DNA of 64,000 nt, taken from the NCBI GenBank assembly GCA_963422375.2, contig OY729428.2, positions 160,001 through 224,000 of the forward strand, in the 5' to 3' direction. The DNA is from Bryobacterales bacterium (GTDB lineage: Bacteria; Acidobacteriota; Terriglobia; Bryobacterales; UBA6623). Shown here piece after piece: positions 1-10,721 of this stretch. Numbering within the stretch: the stretch's first letter is position 1; each line of letters begins with the position of its first letter. A program made the translations under genes and the position numbers. The notes under the pieces were generated by a model, which was given only the letters and a program-made list of their open reading frames with translations, was not told the origin of the DNA and ran no database searches.

Positions 1-265
1 GGCCTAGCACGTCATACTGGATCGCCCATGGCAGCAGGAAGATGGTCTCCACGTCGAAGATGACGAATAGGATGGCGACCAAGTAGAAGCGGATCGAGTA
101 GCGTCCGCGCGTGTCGTCTTCCGGCGCGATCCCGCATTCGTACGCCTCGAGCTTCGTCTTGCTGGGCGCGTAGGGGCGCACCAGTTTCGCGACGATGAGC
201 GTGACGATCGGAAAGGCCGCGGCGATGCCGATGAATATCAGGATCGGAATGTACCCTCGGGGCAT
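1..265 (-). CDS. nuoA: NADH-quinone oxidoreductase subunit A, partial (runs off window start)
   Basis: Manual translation (not in ORF track): MPRGYIPILIFIGIAAAFPIVTLIVAKLVRPYAPSKTKLEAYECGIAPEDDTRGRYSIRFYLVAILFVIFDVETIFLLPWA, with the NuoA motifs YECG and FYLVAILFVIFDVE. Confidence 0.95.
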   Translation of the reverse strand, partial: MPRGYIPILIFIGIAAAFPIVTLIVAKLVRPYAPSKTKLEAYECGIAPEDDTRGRYSIRFYLVAILFVIFDVETIFLLPWAIQYDVLG

Positions 266-273
266 GCATGCCG

Positions 274-279
274 ATTATA
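274..279 (-). promoter_or_regulatory. -10 box TATAAT 8 nt upstream of the nuoA ATG (probable leaderless promoter)
   Basis: Perfect TATAAT on the minus strand in a GC-rich context, with no SD between it and the ATG. Confidence 0.6.
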
Positions 280-884
280 CAATTCGCCGATCCCTGATCC
301 CGGGAGCGTTCTCGGGTGCCCGGGGCATTCTGGCGGAAGGACCCTCATGGGACGCGTTGATGGGCTAGCCGCGCCCGTTGCGGAATGATCGACGGCCTGC
401 TTGGAAGTCGCGCCCGGACTGGCGCACTTCTCGCACGACGCGCCGGAGGCCGGTCAGATACCGGCGGATCGCTCCGCCAAGGATGGTTCGCCATCGGCCC
501 GGAGGCCGATCCCAGGATTCGTCCGGACGGTCACGCAGCCGGCAGCGCAACGTCGCCTGCCTCGGAGACCGGCTACATCTCCCCCCTCCGGCATCCCTTG
601 GACGCCAATGGCCAAGAACGCTTCGGGGCTCCTACGGCGTTGCGCGAACCGTCCGGACACCGCGGTTGCACCCGCCGAAGACAAGCCGACTCGCCATTCC
701 GTCAGCCGCGCTAGTAGAGCCCTGCAGATGCGCCTTCATGCCCTTGACTGCCTGCCCCTCCGCCAGAATCCGACAGGATCGCTTGATTCCTGAAGTCTCC
801 CGGGTGTGGAAGAGATCTCGGCGCGGCGTCGCCCCGGAGGCATCGCCATTGGTACCGGGCGGGCGGAGCGATCCGAGCGTGATG

Positions 885-1745
885 TCAGCCGACGCCTAGC
901 GCCGAGCGCAGGGCCGACTTCATCGCACTCTCGTCAGGCGACTTTCCCGTCCACATCTCGAACGCGATCACGCCTTGGTAAACCAGCATCGACAAGCCGT
1001 CAAGCGTCGGAAGGCCCTTCGACCGCGCCATGGCGATCAGCCCTGTCTCGGGCGGGTTGAACACGGCATCGGCCACCAGCATGCCGGTCGGCGCATCCGA
1101 GAAATCGATGTCGGGCACGCCTTGGTCCGGGTACAGACCGATCGACGTGGCGTTGACCAGCAGGTCGCAGGTCGCTGGCACGACGAAGGTGCCGCGCCAA
1201 GGTTCGTAACGCACCGGCCCGCCGGTGGAGCCGCAGCAGTCAGCGACCATTTCACGGCCCCGGCGCTCGGTTCTGTTGACGACGAGCAGGTCGGAGACTC
1301 CTGCCAGAACGAGCTCCGTGCCGATCGCCCGCGCAGCCCCGCCGGCACCGAGCACGACAGCCCGCTTACCGGCTGGATCCATGCCCGCGTCCTTCCGTAC
1401 GCCGCGCAGGAATCCCTTGCCGTCGGTGTTCTCGCCGATCTTCCTGCCCCCATCCAAGCGGACCGTGTTGACTGCACCGATCGCCCGCGCCTCCGGGGAG
1501 AGGTCGTCTAGGTAGGGAATCACCGCGACTTTGTGGGGAATCGTAAGGTTTATGCCGCGCATTCCCAGCGCGTCGATCGCATCGATGGCCGAGCCGAGCC
1601 TCTCCGGGGGAACCTCGAAGTTCAGGTAGCGCCAGTTCAGACCGGCCGCGGCGAACCCCGCTTCCTGCATCACTCCGGTCGGATTCTCCGCCACCGGCTG
1701 GCCGAAGACCCCCACAACTTCGGCTTGGTAGTTGGCTGACATCAT
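885..1745 (-). CDS. aroE: Shikimate dehydrogenase
   Basis: Motifs GINLTIPHK, AIGAVNT, GENTDGKG, LGAGGAARA, NATSIG, GLSMLVYQG. Confidence 0.93.
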   Translation of the reverse strand: MMSANYQAEVVGVFGQPVAENPTGVMQEAGFAAAGLNWRYLNFEVPPERLGSAIDAIDALGMRGINLTIPHKVAVIPYLDDLSPEARAIGAVNTVRLDGGRKIGENTDGKGFLRGVRKDAGMDPAGKRAVVLGAGGAARAIGTELVLAGVSDLLVVNRTERRGREMVADCCGSTGGPVRYEPWRGTFVVPATCDLLVNATSIGLYPDQGVPDIDFSDAPTGMLVADAVFNPPETGLIAMARSKGLPTLDGLSMLVYQGVIAFEMWTGKSPDESAMKSALRSALGVG

Positions 1746-2980
1746 TCCCAGTTTATCGCCGTCGCTGCCCTCGGCGGCTGATGAGGGCCGATCCCGACTT
1801 GTAAGTCCATCCGCCTGGAATAGGCACGAGTCCCTGCGCCGTCACTGAAGGAGACTCGCGGCAGGCCCGTGCCGACCGTTGCTGCGTGCAAGACCGGCGG
1901 ACGTGATCCCAGTCTCGCTCGCATCGGCCGAGGCATGGCACTTGCGACTGGACTGGGTGCCGCGGAGGGATGAGACCAGGCCTGCACAGAGTCTCGGAAT
2001 TCTTGCTCATGGATGCCAATAGGAACGTGCCTCTAATCTGCTCCCCGGTCCGCTGGCGAGCTATCGCGGCAACCCCTCGCCGACATCCAGCCTTGAGGCC
2101 AAGCCCACCGGACCACGCTGTCAGGCGAGGACTGAGACGCATGTCCGGCGATGCCGACCACTAGCGCTCGCCCGCAAGTCGTGCCGCCACGCGTCAATCA
2201 CCCGCCAGAACTTCCGTTCCTTCCCATTCCCCCGAGAGGACGGCCGCCAGCAGGAGCCCATCCTCTTCCGACTCAGGCGATTCCGCGGAGACGAACTTTG
2301 GCACACCCCTAAGCCTAGAACTATGCTATGGTGCAGTGAAGGGGTGTTCGCGTGGATCCCCCGTCGGTCAGACGGCTCGATTGCGTCTGTGACCACGCCC
2401 TACGATTGGGAACACACGCGGCATGGCTGCCGGCACGCTAGACGCCATCGAGGAGCCGCTCGTTGGGCCATACCTGGCAAGAGCGGTCACGGAATCAAGC
2501 AAGTCCCATCAGTTGGGAAAACCGGCCAGTTCTACAACCATCAGAAAACTCCCCGTACAATGCCAAAGGGTATACTAGTCATTCCTCACGACTCTCTCCA
2601 TGGTTACTCTTGTTCTTTCCCTGACGATATCGGCCCCCAGAATATTCCTAATGCCGCTTTGGTGTTAGCAAGCGAAGGCTCTACTGAAAAGATGGCGCCC
2701 ATTCAACTCCGAAGTGCGACACGCGGGTAAGGGGCGGTGGGCTGGGATACTAGGACCACAGTAGCAGATCCAGCGGCGCCGGACAAGCCGCTGCCGGGCC
2801 GAAGCGGGGGGCCGCGTCCCGGGCAGGCGGGCATGCGTGCCCCGTTTCCGGAACGGGGACCCTCCGGGCCTTGCGCAGGGAGCGGAGCGACCGCAGCAAG
2901 GCCCGGAGGGTCGAGTCCGCGCCTGTCCGGGCGCAGCTCCCCCGCGCCCCTGTCCGGGGCGGCGGGCTGCCAGCCCTGCC

Positions 2981-4075
2981 TCAGCCCCGCGGCACCCGCT
3001 CCCGCTCCGCCGGGAAGACTTCCTCCGGCGTGCGCCCGCCCGGCACCTTCCGCGGACGCCGGTTCAGGCGGTCCCGCGCCTCCCGCACCCGGGCCGGGTC
3101 CACTCGCCGCAGGTCCGTCCCCTGCGGGAAGTACTGCCGCGGCAGCCCGTTGGCATGCTCGTTCAGCCCGCGCTCCCAGGAGTGGCAGGGCCGCGCGCAG
3201 TAGAAGCCCGCCCCCAGCCGCTGCGCCACCTCCCGGTGCCTCCCGGTGCCCCGCGAACTCCTTGCTGCGAACTCCTTGCCGTTGTCGGCCGTGAGCGTGT
3301 GCGTCACGGCCCCGCTCCCTGCGAGCATCCCTGCGAGCATGGCCGTCATCGCCGCCCCGACCAGCTGCGCCGTGCGCCGGCTAACCGGCTGCACTAGCAG
3401 GTACTTAGAGAACCGGTCCACCAGCGTCACCAGCGCCCCGCGGCGCTGCCCGCCGATCACGGTGTCGGCCTCCCGGTCGCCGCCGCGCGCCTTCGCTCGC
3501 GCCTCCGCCGGGCGCTCCGCGATGTCCGCGCGCCCCGGGATCAGGCCGCGGCCCGCCGTCCGGCCGACCCGCCGCACGCGCTTGCGGCCGCCCTGCCTCA
3601 GGTGCCGGTACAGCCGGCCCCCCTGCCGCCGGTCCGCGCGCACCAGCTGGTAGATCCGTTCAGGGCTGATCTCCAGCGCCCCTTCCCGCTGCAGCCGCGC
3701 CGCGACCTGCTCCGGGCTCCTGCTCCGGGCTCCTGCTCCGGGCTCCTGCTCCGGGCTCCAGTCCTGCCGCAGGCAGTCCTCGCTCCGCGTCCGCAGCGCC
3801 GACGTCAGCTGGCGCGGCCGGCACGACGCCGCGCGCCGCCGCCGCTCCGCGCGCTCCCGCGCGCTCCCCCAGCTGTAGCTCGCCGCGCGCTCGCCCTCCG
3901 CCGGTCGGCCGTTGCGGCCCACTTCCCGGTAGATCGTGGCCCGCTTGCGGCCCGGCTGCCCGGCGATCCTGTCCGCTCCCCAGCCCGCCGCCCGCAGCGT
4001 CTCGCTCCGGCAGCGCTCCTCCTGCGTCACGTGCGTGTAGCTCTTCCGCATCTGCCTCCCTGCTCCTTCCAGCAC
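2981..4075 (-). pseudogene. IS30-family transposase with degraded motifs and internal micro-duplications
   Basis: WSPEQ, D(R)EADTV, TADNGKEFA, SWERGLNEH, RQYFP, LNRRPRK motifs; several conserved W/L positions replaced by R/P. Confidence 0.88.
3706..3757 (+). repeat. 13-bp tandem repeat (CCTGCTCCGGGCT) x4 inside the IS30 transposase WSPEQ motif
   Basis: Read directly from the sequence; net +39 nt keeps the frame. Confidence 0.9.
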
Positions 4076-4194
4076 CTACCAGCCTACTGCCGCGACACCA
4101 CCGGTCGCTGCCCCCCTCTCCCCTCCCTGCCATCTTGTGGCTCGGCGCCTGTCGCACTTCGGAGTTGAATGGGCGTGGAGATTATTCCGTATGA

Positions 4195-6115
4195 AGAAGG
4201 AGATCGTGGATATCACTGGAGAGAGGAAGACAGCGATTGGACAGAATCAGCGTGACTGGACCTAGGGAAGAAGTACTGACGTGGCAAGTAATGGCTTCTG
4301 GAATCAGTCTACCAGCTGGATCATCCATGCATGAGTATGTTGAATCGAAGAGAATTGTGGCATGGAGAGATGACAAATTGGAGTACGTTTTTCCAGCTAG
4401 ACAAATCGACTCTGAAGGACGTCTTCCTGACGGTATTGAGACAGTTCTCCATTGGATCGGTAACGGATATTCTGCGTGGACTTGGTTAACTGGGCCAATT
4501 GAATGGGAATTATATATCTGAGTGCCGACAACGCCATATCCGACTAGAACTGCTGTGAGCAGGGAGGTGGGTGTCGAGCTGGGGTCATGCGAGTGCGGCC
4601 GCGGCGGGCACAGAGGGGTGGGGGGTGGGATCGTATCTGAAGCGAGCCTGCCAGCGGATTGGACGAGGAAGGGACTGGAGAGGCCGCCTCGCATGCCCCG
4701 GTTGCCCCGGTTGCCCCGGTGGCACCCGGTTGGCGGTGGCAGGGCACCCCTTGCAAGCCGCTTGCAGGCCCTGCGAGGGCCGAAGACAGCGGATCCCCGG
4801 CGCTCGACGGCCTGCATGGACGGTCCGGGCCGGACCGGGGTCGCGCCGGGGCATGCCGGATCCGGTGCGCCCCTCGTACCGAGCGTGCAGCGCGCGCCCG
4901 CAGCGGGCTGCCGCGCTCGGCGCGGCGGGCGCCGCTCAGGCCGCGACCGCGGCCTTGCCGGTCAGCTGCCGGTAGGTCAGCGTCCGGCCGACCAAGCCCC
5001 GCGCCATGCGCCGCATCCGTTCCGCCGTGTCGCAGTCGCGGTCGTTGCGCCGTCCCGCGAACTCCGTCAGGTAGCGGCCGAGATGACGGACGCTCATCCG
5101 GTGATAGGTGCCGTACAGGCCGCGCTCGAACAGGGACCCAAACGATTCGATGCCGTTCGTATGCGCTGCCCCGCGCACGTACTCGCCGCCGGAGTGCCTG
5201 ACGGCTTCGTGCGCGAACTCCGCCATGCCGGCGCAGGCCGCCGCCTCGTCGGAGCGGAGCTGCGCGCCCGGCGCGACCCGGCCGCGCACGAAGCCCTGAC
5301 AGGTCGCCCTTGGTCGCGCCCGGCAGCGGCCGCGCGGCCGCTGCGTTCGTGGCGCGGTCCCGCGCCCCCGCCACGGGCGTCTTGCCGACGGGCCCGCGCC
5401 CGGCGCGGGCCTTCTTCCTCTCGTGCTTGTTGCGCTCCTTGCCGCCGACGCAGGTCTCGTCCACCTCCACCGGGCCGGCGAACGGGCCCTGATCCCGCTC
5501 CCGGCACGCGCGGATGCGGTGCGCCAGGTGCCAGGCCGACTTCCGGCTGATGCCCGGGTCGCGGTGCAGCTTCATGCTCGAGACGCCCTTGATGCCGGTG
5601 GTCGGCAGGAACAGGGCGACGGCCCGGGTGCGGTAGCCGAGCTCGGTGTCGGCCGTCACGCTGCCGGTGCGCACCGAAAAGCGCTTGCCGCAGCCGCGGC
5701 AACGGTACGGCATCGAAGGGTGGGCCGCGTCGGACTGCACGCTGGAGCCGCGGCAGCGGGGGCACGCGGGACCGTCCGGCCAGCGCATGGAGGCGAACCA
5801 CTTTTCCGCGGATTCGTCATCGGGGAACATGGCGATCACTTCGATCAATGTGATGCCTTTACGGAACCACTTTCCGGGACCTTGTTTCTTCATTTACGGT
5901 ATCCCCTACTGGAACTATTCTACCAAGAAACACCACAGAATGTCAACGGAAATTCGGAAGAAATATGAAATCTTATTATGGCTTGATAATTTCCCGACTT
6001 GATTCCCTCGGCACTCAGATATATAATTCCCAATTGAATCCCTTGGCGGGAGTGTTTCTCTTGACTTGCTGCGAGACGGGAAGGCACTCCTAGTTGAAGA
6101 TGCTGCAAAGAGTTA
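4195..6115 (+). pseudogene. Xre/MbcA/ParS-type antitoxin-like gene interrupted by an IS1595 (coding parts about 4195-4504 and 6040-6115)
   Basis: Removing element 4505-6031 and one TSD restores an in-frame peptide ...EYVFPARQIDSEGRLPDGIETVLHWIGNGYSAWTWLTGPIESLGGSVSLDLLRDGKALLVEDAAKSY, which fits the WLxxPxxxLGGxxxLDLL toxin-binding domain pattern. Confidence 0.72.
4505..6031 (-). mobile_element. IS1595-family element, type A; frameshifted transposase about 4936-5893
   Basis: Perfect 24-bp TIRs GGGAATTATATATCTGAGTGCCGA (4505-4528 / 6008-6031); 8-bp TSD AATTGAAT (4497-4504 / 6032-6039); Zn ribbon CPRC..CRGC, VEVDET, SDE and HTNGIESF motifs split over two frames. Confidence 0.95.
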
Positions 6116-7098
6116 CCTGATTACCCACAAGACTCAGCCAAGGTTAGGAGGCGGTAAGGCCTGGGCGGGGTGCGCACGGAGGCGTGGAGCAGGCGGGGGA
6201 CCAGCGCCTCGAGATCGTAGCGGCGGTTGAAGCGGTAGCGGAACTCGGCGAGGTAGCGCGGCAGGTGCTTGCCGTCGAGCGCGTGGCAGGTGCCCGCCAG
6301 GGACTGCTTGACGTTCGCCAGCATCGTGTTGACCCGGACGTTGACCCGGACGAAGCGGGAATCCGCGCAGCTCCGCTGCCCGCCTCCGGTGACGGTCGGC
6401 ACGTGCTCGCAGCCGGCGTCGGCCACGCCCCGCAAGCAGGCCGGGCCGTCGGCATGCACCTCCGTGCCGGGCTGCAAGTGCCGCCCGGCCCACGCTGCCA
6501 GCGTCTTCTTGCGCAAGCCCGCCACGCTGGCCACGCTGCTCATGCGCATCCTTGCCGGCTTGCCGGCGGCGGTGACCTGCACGGCGGCCACGAACGGCGT
6601 CTTGCCCGCCGCGCCGCGACCGCGCTTGCCGCCGCTCCGCTCCCCGCCCCGGTAGGCGTCGTCCACCGGCACGATGCCGCCCGCCGGCACGCGCTCGTCG
6701 CGCTCCTTCATCACTTGCAAGAGCTTGTGCTTCATCTTCCAAGCCGTGTTCCGGCTCACGCCCGGCTGCCGCGCCAGTTCCAGCCACGAAACGCCGTGCT
6801 GGCCCTGCGTCAGCAGGTGGATCGCCAGCAACCGGACGGTTAGCGGCAGCTGGGTGGCGGCCAAGATCGTGCCGGCGGGAGCCGCACTCCGGGCAGCGGA
6901 AGCCGTCCGGCCAGCGGGCGTTGAAGACGGCCTGCTCGCATGGCCCCTCGCTGCCGTAGCGCTGCAGGAACTTGCCCAGGCTGAGTCCCTTCTGGAATTG
7001 CACGCGATTGCGTTTCAGCTGCTAGCCCCTTTCCTATCAGAGACTTCCGATCTCCTTTAGTATAGCATATCCTCGGCTGAAGCTCGTTGGTAATCAGG
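6116..7098 (-). mobile_element. IS1595-family element, type B copy 1; transposase frameshifted by an internal deletion
   Basis: Ends CCTGATTACC..CAGCC / GGCTG..GGTAATCAGG; motifs VDDAY, VHADG, VNTMLANVK, EFRYRFNRR; no TSD, flanks unrelated. Confidence 0.92.
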
Positions 7099-7469
7099 TT
7101 CAACATTGCCAGCACGGGCAGCCCAATGCAGCGGCATGGCCTTGTGACTGTCATCGGAATCGACCAAAGCACCGGCGTCAAGCAGAGCAGCCACGGCATC
7201 GCCCCTGCGTCCCGAGGCAGCATACTGAGGGGCGCAAAAGTCTTTTCGGATCGGCCAGGCCAGAATGTACTGGCAACTGGGTTCCCAAGCAGTCTGCTAA
7301 GAAGGAGGCCTTCCAAATTCGAGTACGCAATATACTGTGTAGATAGTTACGGTATATCACAATATGCAGGCCTAAGTTCGAGAATTCAAGACTCTATCTC
7401 TGCGCTGCTATGATGACAGACTGAATCCGAAGTCGACTGAGTATGGCCCGTATCTTGGGAAAAGACTTT

Positions 7470-8371
7470 CCTGATTACCAACGAACGTCAGCCGAGGATA
7501 TGCTATACTGGAGGAGGTCGGAAGTCTCTGATAGAAAAGGGGATAGCAGATGAAACGCAATCGCGTGCAATTCGAGCAGGGACTCAGCCCGGGCAAGTTC
7601 CTGCAGCGCTACGGCAGCGAGGGGCCATGCGAGCACGCCGTCTTCAAGGCCCGCTGGCCGGACGGCTTCCGCTGCCCGGAGTGCGGCTCCCGACGGCACT
7701 GCCGCATCCGCTCCCGCAAGCTCTGGCAGTGCCATGCCTGCCACCGCCGGACCTCCCTCGTCGCCGGCACGCTCTTCGCCGCCACCAAGCTGCCGCTAAC
7801 CGTCCGGTTGCTGGCGATCCACCTGCTGACGCAGGGCCAGCACGGCGTTTCGTCGCTGGAACTGGCGCGGCAGCCGGGCGTGAGCCGGAACACGGCCTGG
7901 AAGGTGAAGCACAAGCTCCTGCCAGTGATGAAGGAGCGCGACGAGCGCGTGCCGCCGGGCGGCATCGTGCCGGTGGACGACGCCTACTGGGGCCTACTGG
8001 GGCGCGGCGCGGCGGGCAAGACGCCGTTCGTCGCGGCCGTGCAGGTCAGCGCCGACGGCCAGCCGGCAAGGATGCGCATGAGCAGCGTGGCGGGCTTCCG
8101 CAAGAAGACGCTGGCAGCGTGGGCCGGGCGGCGGGGATTCCCGCTTCGTCCGGGTCAACACGATGCTGGCGAACGTCAAGCAGTCCCTGGCGGGAACCTG
8201 CCATGCGCTCGACGGCAAGCACCTGCCGCGCTACCTCGCCGAGTTCCGCTACCGCTTCAACCGCCGCTACGATCTCGAGGCGCTGGTCCCCCGCCTGCTC
8301 CACGCCTCCGTGCGCACCTCGCCCATGCCTTACCGCCTCCTAACCTTGGCTGAGTCTTGTGGGTAATCAGG
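7470..8371 (+). mobile_element. IS1595-family element, type B copy 2; internally deleted
   Basis: Same ends as copy 1; 8-bp TSD AAGACTTT (7462-7469 / 8372-8379); transposase 7550-8366 is frameshifted. Confidence 0.95.
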
Positions 8372-8761
8372 AAGACTTTTACGCCTCTCAGTAATGCAGC
8401 GGGGTCGCACCGTTTCTGTCGCGAGCCTCACGTTCAGCAGAAGCGGCAAGGAGGGCCTTGATTACCTCAGCGTCCCCACCAAACGCACCGTATTGTAGCG
8501 GAATGGCATTCTGTCCGTTCAAGGCACCAACTGGCGACCCAGCGACGAGCAAGACCCCCGTGGCCTCATCGCTGCCCTTCAAGGCTGCATCGTGGAGGGG
8601 CATGTCGCCTCCGACCGTCGCGCGCATCAAGGTCAGCACCGACATCCATCAGGGCCTTGACTGCGTCGGCCTGACCTCCCCCAGCGGCCCGATGAAGCGA
8701 CGCGGACTTGTGTCCGTCAGGGGCTCCGGCGGAAAGTAGGGCGCGGATGGCTCCATAACTA

Positions 8762-9016
8762 GTGCCCGTGACAAAACTCGTATCCCATTGACAACAAAGG
8801 CGTTAGGTCCAATCTCTCAAGGCGAAGATTTCGCTGGAATGCTACGACTAATCCGAAATCCTGGCGATTCTGGGCAGAGCGCGGAAATCTTCGCGATTGG
8901 CGTCTGAGCAACTTCCGACCTTGGGTCCTATATGTTGTGTTTGGAGATCCATCCGACCTCAGGATGTAGTATGCAATGCTGATCGGGCCAGAATTCAGGG
9001 GTTTTGTCACAAGCAC
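8762..9016. mobile_element. 255-bp MITE-like non-autonomous element
   Basis: 16-bp imperfect TIRs GTGCCCGTGACAAAAC / GTTTTGTCACAAGCAC; 6-bp TSD TAACTA (8756-8761 / 9017-9022); no transposase; its removal restores the ankyrin frame ALGGSYGAIRALLSAGA. Confidence 0.85.
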
Positions 9017-9215
9017 TAACTACCTCCCAAGGCAGCATCGTGGAGAGGCATGCCTCCCTCGTCGTCGGGTACATCGCAACGGGCCCCAGCGTCAAGGAGA
9101 AGCCTGACGACTTCTTCGTCACCGTTCAGTGCTGCTGCGTCAAGCGGTGTTCTTCCCATGGGTCCGCAGAGTCCGGAACATCCAGTTAGAGCACTTCCCG
9201 ATCGATGCCCTGGAT

Positions 9216-10652
9216 CTAGACGATTTCTTCAATGACGTGCCCATGCACCTGCGTCATTCGCTCGTTGCGCCCGAGATGCGGGTACGTGAGCTTGTACTGG
9301 TCGAGGCCGAGCTGATGCAGGATCGTGGTGTGGATGTCCCGGAAGTGATACGGCTTCTCGACCGCCCTCAGCCCGATCGCGTCCGTCGCGCCCACGGCTT
9401 GCCCGCCCTTGATGCCGCCTCCGGCCATCCACATGGTAAAGCCTAGGTTGTGGTGGTCCCTGCCCGCGCTGCCGTCCTTGCGCGTCTCGGCCTCGGGCGA
9501 ACGCCCGAACTCCCCGCCCCACAGCACCAGCGTCTCGTCGAGCATGCCGCGACGCTTGAGGTCCTTGAGCAGAGCGGCCACCGGCTGGTCGGTCTGCGCC
9601 GCCATGCGGAGGTGGTTCTCCTCGATGTCCCGGTGTGCGTCCCACTGGAGTTCCCCGGGCCCGCCCCCGGATACCACGGTTACGAAGCGCACGCCCTGCT
9701 CCACCAAGCGCCTCGCGAGCAGGCAGCGGCGACCGTAGTCGTGGGTGGGCTCCTTGCCCACGCCGTACATCTCGAGCGTGGCGTCCGATTCGTTCGACAG
9801 GTCGAAGATGGCAGGCGCCTCGGTCTGCATCTTGAAGGCGAGGTCGTACGTCCGGATGCGAGCGTCGAGTTCGTCGTCGCCCTCTTCGATCGCCGCCCGG
9901 TTAAGCGTCTGGATCAGCTCCACCGTCCTCTTGCGCTGCGCGAGGCTCACGCCCTCGGGAAGGTCGAGGTTGAGCACGGGCCGGTCGCCCGGGCGGAATG
10001 TCGTCGGCTGGTAGACCGCCGGCAGGAAGCCGTGCATGTACATCGGCTGGCCTGCCTCGAGCGCGCCGTCCGGGTCCGGCATCACGACGTAGGCAGGCAG
10101 CGAACGCGCTTCGGACCCCAAGCCGTACACGACCCACGATCCCATGGACGGGAAGCCCGGTACGATCCGGCCCGTCATCAGCTCGTACTGCGCGGCGGAA
10201 TGGACCACCATGTCGCCGTAGCAGGAGCGCAGCACCGCGATGTCGTCGATGCATCCGGCCGTATGCGGGAAGAGATCCGACACTGCGATGCCCGACTGCC
10301 CGTACTTGCGGAAGGTGCGCTTCGAACCGAGCAGCTTGGCGTCGGACTTGACGAACTGGTACTTGGCCTCGCCGAACTCCGCCGGGCGTGGCTGGCCGTG
10401 CAAGCGGTTGAGCAGCGGCTTCGGGTCGAATGTCTCGATGTGGCTGGGCCCGCCAGCCATGAACAGGAAGATGACCGCCTTGGCCTTGGCGTCGGGCCGG
10501 TGCGCCGGCTTCGGGGCGAGCGGATCCCGCGGCACGGCCCCGCGCAGGGATTCGTCGCTCGCGAGAGCGTGCGCCGCCAGGTAACCCATCCCGCAGCAGG
10601 AGTCTCTCAGCAGCTCGCGTCGCGTTCGGGTCCAGCGGATATGGCCGCGCAT
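9216..10652 (-). CDS. DUF1501 domain-containing protein
   Basis: Tat-like TRRELL N-terminus; motifs AKAVIFLFMAGGPSHIETFDPKP, PSMGSW, CLLARRLVEQGVRF, WDAH, GEFGRSP, GRDHH; start trimmed to the ATG at 10652. Confidence 0.9.
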   Translation of the reverse strand: MRGHIRWTRTRRELLRDSCCGMGYLAAHALASDESLRGAVPRDPLAPKPAHRPDAKAKAVIFLFMAGGPSHIETFDPKPLLNRLHGQPRPAEFGEAKYQFVKSDAKLLGSKRTFRKYGQSGIAVSDLFPHTAGCIDDIAVLRSCYGDMVVHSAAQYELMTGRIVPGFPSMGSWVVYGLGSEARSLPAYVVMPDPDGALEAGQPMYMHGFLPAVYQPTTFRPGDRPVLNLDLPEGVSLAQRKRTVELIQTLNRAAIEEGDDELDARIRTYDLAFKMQTEAPAIFDLSNESDATLEMYGVGKEPTHDYGRRCLLARRLVEQGVRFVTVVSGGGPGELQWDAHRDIEENHLRMAAQTDQPVAALLKDLKRRGMLDETLVLWGGEFGRSPEAETRKDGSAGRDHHNLGFTMWMAGGGIKGGQAVGATDAIGLRAVEKPYHFRDIHTTILHQLGLDQYKLTYPHLGRNERMTQVHGHVIEEIV

Positions 10653-10721
10653 CGCCTCGCTCCAGCCCCATTGTACAGGCGCAGGCAGCCCGACGGCGCT
10701 CGCTACAATGGATAAAGGCGG

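Larger units (their letters stand above)
2696..4175 (-). mobile_element. IS30-family insertion sequence, degenerate
   Basis: Perfect 26-bp TIRs (CGCCCATTCAACTCCGAAGTGCGACA at 2696-2721, inverse at 4150-4175) and a 3-bp TSD TGG (2693-2695 / 4176-4178). Confidence 0.93.
7099..9190 (-). pseudogene. Ankyrin-repeat protein gene, fragmented by frameshifts, an IS1595 and a MITE
   Basis: Minus-strand ANK fragments: AAALNGDEEVVRLLLDAGARCDVPDDEGGMPLHDAALGG (about 9025-9140); MPLHDAALKGSDEATGVLLVAG..GATPLHY (8388-8603); YAASGRRGDAVAALLDAGALVDSDDSHKAMPLHWAARAGNVE (7099-7225). Confidence 0.82.

Noticed and set aside
280..2320. Short ORFs flanking aroE (280-884 and 1750-2320)
   Set aside because: No recognisable motifs; a possible IS end near 2297-2311 was too weak to call
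3706..3757. CRISPR-like array (also 26675-26733)
   Set aside because: Contiguous 13-bp units without spacers, inside transposases; no cas genes
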